A stretch of 64,000 bases of DNA from Eledone cirrhosa (taxonomy: Eukaryota), in assembly GCA_964016885.1 (NCBI GenBank), contig OZ024745.1, positions 131,440,001 through 131,504,000 of the forward strand. The letters are read 5' to 3'. The notes beneath the pieces were generated by a model. It did not search any database. It was not told where the DNA came from and was given only the letters and a program-made list of their open reading frames with translations. Positions 52,828 to 64,000 of the stretch are shown here, one piece after another. The stretch's first letter is position 1. Each line of letters starts with the position of its first letter. The position numbers and the translations under genes were made by a program.

Positions 52828-53974
52828 TTTTTTTTTTATTGAACATCATTAGTTTTACCGAGCACAGCTCTGTGGTCCTTGGGTATGTGCAGTGTAGTTT
52901 TTGCTGATGTTTCTATTGTATTAATAGTACTTTTCGTAATATATGTGCAGTGCTTAGTAGTGCTATCTTTTGTATATTGTATATATTTGTAAGTCCTGTG
53001 GTACTCTATATAATATATAGTACCTAGTAGTGCTATCTTTTGTATGCTGTATATATATTTGTAAGTCCTGTGGTACTCTATATAATATATAGTACCTAGT
53101 AGTGCTATCTTTTGTATGCTGTATATATATTTGTAAGTCCTGTGGTACTCTATATAATATATAGTACCTAGTAGTGCTATCTTTTGTATGCTGTATATAT
53201 ATTTGTAAGTCCTGTGGTACTCTATATAATATATAGTACCTAGTAGTGCTATCTTTTGTATGCTGTATATATATTTGTAAGTCCTGTGGTACTCTATATA
53301 ATATATAGTACCTAGTAGTGCTATCTTTTGTATGCTGTATATATATTTGTAAGTCCTGTGGTACTCTATATAATATATAGTACCTAGTAGTGCTATCTTT
53401 TGTATGCTGTATATATATTTGTAAGTCCTGTGGTACTCTATATAATATATAGTACCTAGTAGTGCTATCTTTTGTATGCTGTATATATATTTGTAAGTCC
53501 TGTGGTACTCTATATAATATATAGTACCTAGTAGTGCTATCTTTTGTATGCTGTATATATATTTGTAAGTCCTGTGGTACTCTATATAATATATAGTACC
53601 TAGTAGTGCTATCTTTTGTATGCTGTATATATATTTGTAAGTCCTGTGGTACTCTATATAATATATAGTACCTAGTAGTGCTATCTTTTGTATGCTGTAT
53701 ATATATTTGTAAGTCCTGTGGTACTCTAATATATAGTACCTAGTAGTGCTATCTTTTGTATGCTGTATATATATATTTGTAAGTCCTGTGGTACTCTATA
53801 TAATATATAGTACCTAGTAGTGCTATCTTTTGTATGCTGTATATATATTTGTAAGTCCTGAGGTTTTGGTTATGTATTTGTCTGTGTTTTTATCATTCCT
53901 AGAGCACATATTATAGGTATTGTTTCTGTTTTCATTTTCCACATTCGAGTTATTTCTATCTCTAGATCTTTATA
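52828..53974 (-). mobile_element. R4/Dong-like (RLE) LINE 3' fragment interrupted by a tandem array
   Basis: On -: YKDLEIEITRMWKMKTETIPIICALG...GLTNIYNIQKIALLSTAHILRKVL*, followed by a short UTR and an A-rich tail. Confidence 0.8.
52955..53859. repeat. 72-bp minisatellite, about 12 copies
   Basis: Unit ctagtagtgctatcttttgtatgctgtatatatatttgtaagtcctgtggtactctatataatatatagtac. Confidence 0.95.
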
Positions 53975-55182
53975 AAGTACCAGTAATGCACTGGGGTCAA
54001 TTTAATCGACTTTTCCCTCCCTCAAAATTGTTGGCCTTTGCCTATATAAGAAACCATTATTCTCGCCGAGGTTAGTTTTGCCTTTCATCCTTACGGGAGT
54101 CGATAAAATAAAGTACCAGTAATGCACTGGGTTCGATTTAATCGGCTTTCTCCTCTTCCCAAATTGCTGGCCTTGTGCCTATACTAATCACAAGTGTTAT
54201 TATTGGTGAAGATGCCCCCCCGTGTAAATGGGCTTACACTTACCATGTGCCTATAGGCTGGCTGATTTAGAGGGGTGACCTATTAGGGTGCTCTTCGAGT
54301 GTTGTGTGGTTTAGGATTTGTGAGGCTCCTAGGTTACAAGGCTTTAACTAACCAAAGTTTTTAATCAACCAAATTTAACAAACTTTTCCTGACCTGTGTG
54401 TTAGCAATCTCAGTCACGACTGATAAGAGGGTACCAACCGCTAGCTGCCCGGTACCCTATCTATTCACAAGATTGGGCTCTACTATTAGTTTAACACTTT
54501 CTAATGAAATATACTTTATTTCAATTAATTAATAAAGAATTTTGAGAGATTTATTACAATAATAAATTATTTCATCACTAAGTAACTTAATATATGGCTC
54601 AGCTAATAACTGATGCAGAATGAAATACAATCTATTTTAATTAATTAATGAAGAATTTCAAGGAATTTACTAAATTTATTAATTATTTCATTACTAAGAT
54701 AGTAACTTAATGTAAGGTTTTTATATAAAATTATGTTGGAAAATATCAATTTAAATAGGAACCCTTTAAAATGGGTGGTTTTGTTTCATAGAACCAGAAC
54801 CAGTTTTGTTTTGTTTGGTATCAAAAGGGTTAAACATGTTGCAAGCATTTTTTTTTTTTTTTGCTTTATTTCTAAGCATGGCAACTCTACAGGTCCGAGT
54901 TCACCCAGCTACCAAGAAAAAATTATAGGTCATGTATTCTCAGATAGGCTTCTTCCAGACAATCCTATGTTTCATATATATGACAGAAACCAGCAGTTAT
55001 CTTTAAATCTATGCTAGCCTAAATGTGTTTTTTTCTTTTTCATTTTTTTAACATTTATAACGTTCGTTGAATTTATATCTGAATCTCTAGAAATGCTGTG
55101 ATATTATTGGTATGTCATTAAATGAACGCACCCATTACTAGTTGGTTATTGGCCAACACTGATTAAGGCTGTTGAAATTTGT

Positions 55183-55622
55183 TCTTTTCTTCGCCCAGAT
55201 ATTCCTGTGAGGGTTGTGGGGGCAAAGTCCTGAAACACTCCTTCCAGCGGGTCCTATCAGAAGCAACTGTTTCTAACTGATCTGCATGGGTCCGCAAGCG
55301 AGACCAGCCAAGCTCATGCATGTTATCCAACCCTCTTGTTCGGGGTCTACCCCTGGGTCTCCTGTCGGTTAGTTTTACCTGTAACATCTGTCCACCAATT
55401 CTTTCCTGGCATTCTAACCACATGTCCATAGTATCGGAACTGTGATCTCTGAATTCGGGAAAGCAGCAGGTCTACCTGGAGCAACTCTGATCTCCTAGCT
55501 ATGCACTTTCTGTAGTAACGTTACTCCAAAGACTTTTCGGGTGAACCCCTTTTTGGCCACTTGTATTCGCAATCGTATTCTTTCAGTCATTACCCAAGAT
55601 TCATGACCATAGGGAAGGGTTG
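55183..55622 (-). mobile_element. RTE-clade LINE 3' fragment
   Basis: RRPRGRPRTRGLD...RTRWKECFRTLPPQP. Confidence 0.78.
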
Positions 55623-55664
55623 GCATGAATACAGAATACACAATTTATTATCAAAATTATTATT

Positions 55665-55858
55665 AGGGAGGTGGATTGGCAGTATCGGTAGAGCGTCAGA
55701 CAACATGCTTTGCAGCATAGAGTCATGGCCCTTTACGATTCGAGTTCAAATCCCGCCGAGGTTAACTTTGCCTTTCATCCTTACAGGGTCGATAAAATAA
55801 AGTACCAATAATGTACTGGGTAATTTCTGGCCTTGTGCCTAAAGTAGAAACAATTATT
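55665..55858 (+). mobile_element. Meta-core tRNA SINE, near full length
   Basis: Family sequence. Confidence 0.85.
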
Positions 55859-58800
55859 AAAATAGTTGTTGAAATTCACAAAGAATATATTTCTTTTTGT
55901 GGTTAAGTTGGCAGAAGAAGGGCAACAGTCTTCACCTTCTATGTTTAAACCCAGCTAGGGTCAATCTTTATTTTTCCATAACCGATAAAGTAAATAACAG
56001 TGAAATGGTGGGATCGACTTTCACTATGTCACAATTTTCAGCTTTATATATCAGTGGTGGATTAATGTGAGGGGGTTGTTTGGGCTGCACCGAGAGGCCC
56101 CACAATATTTCAAGGGATCCAAATTAATTTTTTGCTACCATAAATAATACTCAATGGCCCCATGCTAGCTTGTAATTACGATACAGGTCTGTCTGTTGAA
56201 AGGTTAAGTGATCGTATCTTAATTACTGCTAGTTTGAGGCCACCTGAATATAAATAGGTAGCATTCAGAAGCAGAGTGAGCGATTGGCCAACTCTGATAC
56301 TGTATAGAGTTACGTCTATTGCGTTAGCTTGCTGTATGAGTAGTTCCCTACCCTACTAAATAGACTTATATCACCATTATTATTAACAGTAGTATTACAA
56401 AATTGGTTGAAAACAGGACAAATGTCTGTCGGAACTAAATTTACCTTCAGAGTTCAATTCTCAGTAAAGTCAACTATATATTTCAACCTTTCAAGGTTGG
56501 TAAAATAAATAACCAATCATGGACAGGAGATAATATAATCGATTACATACCCCCACCCCAACATTTGTTGTATTCTGCTGTAGTCAGAAATAGTAATTTT
56601 AAAATTTAGTCAAGTTCAGAGTTCAAATCAAGCCGATTCCAGCTTTGCCTTTAATTATTCCGGGGTCAATAAAATAAAGTACTGACTTGATCAGCTAAAA
56701 TCATCTCCTGTGTCCTCTTGTTTCAATTGGAGTAATTCTTTTGTCTTTTTGATATATTTTTTATTTCATGTCAACTATATTTTACAAACAAAAATTATAC
56801 AATGATGGAAATATAAAAAAATATATAAAAACATAAAAGAAAAAGAGGCGGGGGGGGGGGTTAAAGAAAGGTAGATCTGGCTGAATAGTAAAGGAAAGAA
56901 CTATAAATGTCATAAATGAGAAGAAAAGGAGAGAAAGTGTAAGAACTATTATACAAAGGAAGAGGGTGGGATGACAGACTCTACACCTAAATCAGGGTGT
57001 AGTGTTTTAATCCTCATCAGAGAATCCCGGAATCTTGTTGGTTGTGATGTTCTACTAAAACTAGTCTTAATTCAGCACTGTAAACCAACAAACCATTTAT
57101 CAATTCTATAGTGGAGCCAGCCACAAGTTGGAGCTGCCATGTCACACTTGGGTGAACTGGGCTTCTTGAAAATTGTCCTGATCACTAATATAACGAAGTG
57201 GTGATGATGGGATATGAAGCCTCGGTCTTTCGATCTGCTACCCATGACTGGATTAACCATTAAGTAGAATAATTACATGTTTAGGACATTGATTTCATCC
57301 TTCCAAAGTTGATTAATAAAATACTAGTCCATTACGACGGTCGATTCTTCCTGTTCTCTCTCTTTCCCTCAAAGAAATCGGTTGTTTTCAAACCTGGAGG
57401 GGATGGGTTCCGTCACGTTTAGAATGACCATATGCCAGGATGGTGTCCCTCGACTCCACCAGGAGTTAAGGTCTCTTTAACGTAGGGCATCTAGGGAAGA
57501 GGGGACATATTTTATCCAAACTAATCGTATCTGTCATCACTCCCACTACCACCATTGTTTTGCACAGTTTATATACGAGGGCACCAGAGTGTACAACTTA
57601 TACAAGAGGAGCTTTATATACGAGGGCACCAGGGTGTACAACTTATACAAGAGGAGCTTTTAATGCTCTACAAAGGCCCCCAAAACACTGTATTTCCCGG
57701 CATCGAAGACGCACCTTTTTTTTCGAAAATAAGTCTCAAAAATCTACCATGCGTCCTGAAAGCCGAAGGTTGTTTAGCTAGCACCTTGCTACCCTATCCG
57801 TTTGGTCATTCCAAGCCTTATACTATTCAATACATAAAGATATCAACATCGGAACACTTAGAATATATGGCAATAGTCTAATTAGAAAACAGACGGAATA
57901 TAATCCAAGACAGAGATAAGTCAATATTTGCTTTGATGTTGCGCCATAAAAAAAAATGTTGTTTTCTTAACGCGTTTATTTATAAAAAAACTTCTTTTAC
58001 AGATATACACAATATCAAAGGACTGGGGATAATAAAATAAGGTGGAGGAAGCCTGCAAACTCTATTATACCCCACAACAAGGGGTGTTGGAGTTTCCCTT
58101 TAATATATATCTCACCTTGTTTTTCAGATCATTTTTAATGGACTATTCCCGTCTTTTCCAGATCACAGAGTCAAGAAAATCCTGATCTGTGGACACAAAG
58201 CCCCACATTGTTGGTGGAACGGAATATCAACAGGTTCTTATTTTATTGCCCCACCTCACGAAAGATAAAAAGTGAAGCTAATCTTAGCAAGATTTAAACT
58301 AAACAAATAAAATATTCGTAACTTCAGTATTGACATAAACAGCAGTTTGTCTGACGCTCTACCGATTTCCCCATCACCGCCAGCCTGAATATAGGAAAAT
58401 AGTAGCTTTAGTATGCTTACATGATATGGTAACTCCCCAAGGAGTAGTAGCGCCGCAGTATCGACTTACGGCAATCTATGTCACTTTTTAAACCTGGTGG
58501 AGCCCTTCAGGTCTGAATACAGCATATTTCTTCTAGTGAAGGCTAAAGTGAGAAAAAGATGTAGAGGAAGAATCGACCCAGTTCTAGACTGGTACTTTTT
58601 TTTATCGACCTCGAATGGATGAAAGGCGAAGTTGACCTTTAGTAAAGAGTAGAGAAAGTACAGTAGATATTTGTAAGTCTTATAACCTCCTCCAATGTCC
58701 ACAAGTTGTTGACCGTGTATAGTTGTTTCTTGTGTGTTGAGACAAATGACTAACGTATGAAAACGAACCAAAACTAGTGAAATGTTTCAGTTTTTTAATG

Positions 58801-59754
58801 ATATAGAATTTGCAGATTTGTTAAATAATATAACTTTTGATTCCGTTTTATCTTTTAGTTCCTAATACCTGAAGAAAGATATAATGATTCAATGTTCAAG
58901 AGAAAATAATATCTCGCTCACACACGCACTTTTAATACCGAGAATGTTATATCTATTGATTTCACAACAGATTTAAACCAACATTTGCTCATCTATATAG
59001 GCTGGTTATTATAAATCATTGATGTTCTATGAGTCAATATTTTGACAACTTAACTAGAGCAGACTGTAGAAATGGGGGAAAAAAAAACAATTTAAAATAA
59101 AATAGATATATATTGTCAAAACAATTTGACGAAGAATAAAACAATTTTAAACATTTTTAAGGGAAGAGGCGATGCTTTTCTTCGTGATATTAATAGTGGA
59201 ATAATTTCCCATCGCGTGTCAAAACCTGCCAATAATCCTTAAATTTTGTTTATTTTAAACCAAAGTTTGACCTGTTTGTGTGACAAGTACAAATTGTGAA
59301 CTGAAGCTTTTTAAAAATAATATTTCTTATAAAATACTTTTTAAATACTTAGTAAATTTGAAAGAACTGTTTTTATTTAAATATATTCTTAAACGGTTTG
59401 ATTGTTGTCTTGTTTTCTCTTTAAATTTTGTACGATAAATCTAATGAAGTATTGCTATGAACCTCACATAATTCCCCCAAAATATCTGATCAGAACGAGA
59501 GAAAGAGACAAGCACCAGTTGACCAGCAGGTGCGACATTAGGCCGCAGGGATCAGAGGGAAATGTTGAGATAAGCCAACACGATAAACTTAAGGATTTTT
59601 CATGAAAACAAACTGAAATAAGATTTAGTAAGAAAATAACAAAAAAAAGACAGCAACAAGTAGAAAAATGCTAAATATTCCTCTAAGTTCGAACATATAA
59701 TTCAAAGTTAAATTACCCAAACGAGTTTATAAAGAACAGATAAGCTTTGGGTGG

Positions 59755-59970
59755 AATGTGTATGTGGTGTGGTGTGGTTCTATCATATGTGTATGTGGTG
59801 TGGTTCTATCATATGTGTATGTGGTGTGGTTCTATCATATGTGTATGTGGTGTGGTTCTATCTTATGTGTATGTGGTGTGGTGTGGTTCTATCTTATGTG
59901 TATGTGGTGTGGTTCTATCTTGTGTATGTGGTGTGGTTCTATCTTATGTGTATGTGGTGCGGTTCTATCT
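59755..59970. repeat. 26-bp minisatellite
   Basis: Unit atgtgtatgtggtgtggttctatc(a/t)t. Confidence 0.9.
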
Positions 59971-61038
59971 TTACATAAATATAAAGGAGAGAAATAGTTA
60001 TACATACCTTATTTTTGTTTTTCAAAGTTTCCCAAGAGATGGGCTTTTGTTAGAATCCTCCAATTATAACAGTTTCGTTGTCCAGTCCTGCTTGTTAGTT
60101 GCCCCCTTCAAAACTGTCAGGTACTTTCATTAATCCTAGCATTACAATGGTAAAGCATTACATCCGAGGTTCCAAAAGAAAATTTCCTTTCACTCCTAGC
60201 TGTAAGATTCGGTATAATTAACATTTTATGAATCAATTTTCAGGCATATCTTATTTATTTTTATTTGTGATTTTGAAATATTATATTTTTTATGGTTTGT
60301 TTTTTTTCTTTGGCACAGTTACTTTAAATTCCTCAAGTGAAAGGTTAAATGGTTTTTTCTTTTCTTTCCCTGAACTCGTTTGAATTTTTTTTTAAAGCCA
60401 AGTGAGCCAGATATGTGAGATAGGGAGCTGAATAACTTAGTGAAGATAAACAAACTTTACTGCTGCCAGATACGAAAGAGGGTGAATAAAAATTGAGCTA
60501 AACAAACTACTTGCTACCGCAGTTAAACGGATAAATATTAAAAAAGTATCTTAGTAAGTTGCAGTAGTAAATTATGGTCTTGTTAGTGGCTGACTACGAA
60601 AGTGTTATATGTGTAGATAGTGTAGGGGAGAATATTCTTACTGTAATGAAACTAGAAGGACCGAAAAAAATAGAGATCCAGTCGGAAAGGCAGGAGATTA
60701 AATAATAAATCAGCTGGCTGGATGTTGTTGTTACATAGTGTTTGCACACGTACCGACAAACTTAATTCAAGTATGCGGCAGATCTTTCGATATCACATAT
60801 CCTCTTGATTTAGAATTTTTCACAGAAATTCCCATTAAATATATACGAAGAAAAAAAACCCAATAATTGTTATATGTAAAATGTATTTAAGTATTCACAG
60901 TTGTATAAAAAAGAAATATAATAATACAATGCTTACAGAGCGTGATTCATATATGTGTGTCGGACAGATTTGCCTTTGAAATATGTTATTTGTATGTATA
61001 TACAATATATTGTGTATTGTCTTGGATATATGGTCCTT

Positions 61039-61075
<37 letters not shown>

Positions 61076-61121
61076 TATTTAAAATATTAATAAATGAAGA
61101 CGTTCACATAATCAAAATATA

Positions 61122-61187
61122 TATTTTATTATATATATTTTGCAGGTACTGTGCTGTTTTTTCAGTACGTCCTCATCAGATAAAATA
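61122..61187 (-). ncRNA. Degenerate minimal hammerhead (GAAA to AAAA) within a (TA)n-flanked insert of about 61065-61308
   Basis: On -: tattttat-CTGATGA-ggacgtactg...cagtacctgc-AAAA-tatata-TA-ataaaata. Confidence 0.7.
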
Positions 61188-61336
61188 CATGAATTGGTGT
61201 ATGACATACCTCAACTGTCTTGATGGTTCAATTCCAGTATTTGCAGTGATTTATTAAATCATTAAATATCCTTATACATATTTAATATGCCTGCAAACTT
61301 GCCCCAATATATATATACATATATATATATATATAG

Positions 61337-61409
<73 letters not shown>

Positions 61410-61455
61410 AGTAATAATAAATAGAGACCAAAAATTCGAAGACGGGTCGATAAGG

Positions 61456-61511
<56 letters not shown>

Positions 61512-61527
61512 TAAACCTGTAGAGCAA

Positions 61528-61661
61528 ATATTTATTATTAGTACAGATTAAAGTTTCAGCAAAGAATTTCTGCTTTCACCCTATGCGACGACTTAAGATC
61601 CCGTATAAGGTGTAAGCAGAAAGTCTTTGCTTAAACTTTAATCTGTACTAATAATAAATAT
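61528..61661. repeat. 134-bp fold-back (arms of about 59 bp); a solo arm lies at 37423-37480
   Basis: The arm sequence aagcaga...tctttgcttaaactttaatctgt...taataaata is shared with the 37.4-kb copy; both abut (TA)n. Confidence 0.75.
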
Positions 61662-61799
61662 ATATATATGACGTGTACCAGCCGACTGACTGAGGCCATG
61701 CTGGTGCACAACGGGGTCGATAAAATAAAGTACCAGTAATACACTGGGTAATTGCTGGCCTTATGCCAAAAGTAGAAACATTTATATATATATATATAT

Positions 61800-62268
61800 A
61801 TATACGATATTAATAAATGGAAACTATATTTATAAAACCATATTTATTTCATTATACATATTTCAGGGATACCACATTAAATTATGGTATGCCTTCATCA
61901 GACAAAATACAATATATAACAGTTTTACAAATAGGTTTGACGTTCCCTTTAAAATACAACCATTACTTTTGGAGGCTGTCTGGATAGTGATTTGTCACTA
62001 TCCAGACAGCCTCCAAAAGTAATGGTTGTATTTTAAAGGGAACGTCAAACCTATTTGTAAAACTGTTATATATTGTATTTTGTCTGATGAAGGCATACCA
62101 TAATTTAATGTGGTATCCCTGAAATATGTATAATGAAATAAATATGGTTTTATAAATATAGTTTCCATTTATTAATATCGTATATCTACTCCAAAAATTT
62201 GTCGAGTGCTTTATATCAGTTATAAAAATATTTACTTGTTGTATCCCAACAACTTTAAATAGAACTTT

Positions 62269-62272
<4 letters not shown>
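61800..62272 (+). mobile_element. Fold-back PLE-like mini-element in (TA)n
   Basis: Apparently perfect 191-bp arms (61800-61990 and 61995-62185) with a 4-nt loop, an HHR in each arm, and a tail containing tcgagtgct. Confidence 0.87.
62076..62140 (+). ncRNA. Minimal type I hammerhead (mirror copy at 61845-61909 on -)
   Basis: Stem I tattttgt/atgaaata (2 GU pairs); CTGATGA at 62084; stem II agg-c-atacca/tggtat-c-cct; GAAA at 62121; tatgta; UA site. Confidence 0.83.
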
Positions 62273-62316
<44 letters not shown>

Positions 62317-62730
62317 ATTATATATATATAAAATTATCATCATCATCATCATCGTTTATCTTCCACGCTAGCATGGGTTAGACGCTTTTGTCCCACTTGT
62401 CAAAACACCAACCACATTTACAGTGTGGTCTGGGAGCTTTTTTATGTCTCCTACACGACCATTTTACAGTGTGGTCTGGGTGTTTTTTGTTGTGTCACCT
62501 ACATAACTACTTTACAGTGGACAGAAATGGGAGGAAGGAGTGTGGGGTGGGTGTATATTGGGTTAAGAGGTGCCTACTGACTGTAGGGGTAAGTTTGTAA
62601 TCAAGGAAAGGTGGGTCTTCTGTATAATTGCATGGTGCCAAATATCTCGATCCAGTGACGTCTTAGAGAGGCATAAGTGAGCAAGGTCAGTTTTTATCAC
62701 CTTGTCCCATGATTTTCTTGGTCTCCCCAC

Positions 62731-63193
62731 TCTGGTGCTACCATTAAAACTAATTAAGCAACTGCTTAGTATGTAGACCTCAGAAAGGTGCATTTCTCAA
62801 CCAAGAAAACACCTCTAGTAATGGCAGTTCTGGTGCTACCATTAAAACTAATTAAGCAACTGCCTAGTATGTAGACCTCAGAAAGGTGCATTTCTCAACC
62901 AAGACAACACCTCTAGTAATGGCAGTTCTAGTGCTACCATTAAAACTAATTAAGCAACTGCCTAGTATGTAGACCTCAGAAAGGTGCATTTCTCAACCAA
63001 AACAACACCTCTAGTAATGGCAGTTCTGGTGCTACCATTAAAACTAATTAAGCAACTGCCTAGTATGTAGACCTCAGAAAGGTGCATTTCTCAACCAAGA
63101 CAACACCTCTAGTAATGGCAGTTCTGGTGCTACCATTAAAACTAATTAAGCAACTACCTAGTATGTAGACCTCAGAAAGGTGCATTTCTCAAC
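62731..63193. repeat. 98-bp tandem repeat, about 4.7 copies, abutting an RTE 3' remnant (62590-62730, -)
   Basis: Unit starts tctggtgctaccattaaaactaattaagc; GRPRKSW on - just upstream. Confidence 0.9.
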
Positions 63194-64000
63194 CTTTAAG
63201 GGTCATAATTTTATACAAGTTTGTAGAATTGAATAACATATATAATTTCCTTCAATCAATATATAAATTGCTAAACATCATCGTGCAACACTGTGGATAT
63301 ATTTGAAGCAGTGTTAAGGCTTGTCACATTATTTGGCATGGGTATATATGAACTGTGTAGTGGAAAATGCAGGCTTAGTAATTTTTTATGAGCTCAGAGC
63401 AAGAAATGTCAAAACCTAAATTGTCAGATTATCGAAATGGAAGTTGAAATTATTACATTTAGAAGATTGGAATGTATAGCTGTGAGAAAGACTGCACATT
63501 ATAGAGCTAGCCCAGAGCACTAAATACAGGTGCCAGCTGTGTGTGTAGGTGTCACAAAGAAATGTTTTCAGTACCCCTTGTAAAGTAGTTGACAAATGAA
63601 CAGAGACAACAGAGAATAGAGTAGTTTCTTTGGTCTTTCTAGTAGACAACCTCTCTAGTATTGAGGCCCTGCTAAAATGCACCCATTACACTCTGTAAAG
63701 GGGCTGGCAATTGAACAGAGGCAATATTTTTCAATATTACCTAGTACTTGACAACCTCTCTAGGCCATGTGTCATGATGAAATAACTCTCAGTATGGTCT
63801 GTAAAATTGTAGGGTTAGTGCCATGAAACATTACACTCTGTAGACTTTGTAAAGTGGTTGACATTAGGATGGACAGCTATAGAAACGATGTTAAGGTATA
63901 AAATATATGAGTAAGATGTGATGATCCTCGGAACATGGTTGCAACCATCCAATTCATCCCAGCATGGAAAATGGAAGTGAAATGATGATGTCATATATAT

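Noticed and set aside
54420-54462. CTGATAA followed by the hairpin agggtacc/ggtaccct
   Set aside because: No GAAA or UH half, so it is not a hammerhead.
57688-57770. Tc2/pogo-like terminal sequence (ctgtatttcccggc...gacgcacc)
   Set aside because: Only one end is visible; there is no matching TIR or transposase.
58128-58910. Plus-strand acceptor-like sites followed by short open frames
   Set aside because: No convincing donor sites and no recognisable peptide.

Overview
AT-rich, repeat-dense eukaryotic non-coding DNA. The SINE, LINE and microsatellite content suggests a mollusc, probably a coleoid cephalopod such as an octopus (inference). I cannot call any host protein-coding gene with confidence, and most ORFs in the track are translated microsatellites or satellites. 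The main element is a young, 5'-truncated Penelope-like retroelement of Naiad type (RT plus C-terminal GIY-YIG, 12583-14559). It carries a 586-bp inverted 3' duplication and a hammerhead ribozyme (HHR) whose stem II is expanded to 88 nt. Several short relatives sit in (TA)n tracts across the window, carrying minimal HHRs and/or fold-back palindromes (about 0.9, 8.3, 17.5, 33.7, 61.1 and 61.8 kb). In two fold-backs the loop appears to be copied from neighbouring target DNA. Also present are a maT (DD37D) Tc1/mariner element with an unusual long flanking duplication, fragments of RTE, CR1, CRE, R4/Dong and Vingi-like LINEs, tRNA-derived SINEs, a 5S-derived copy, piggyBac-type MITEs and several minisatellite or satellite arrays. 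All coordinates were read by eye, so the edges of degenerate repeats are approximate.
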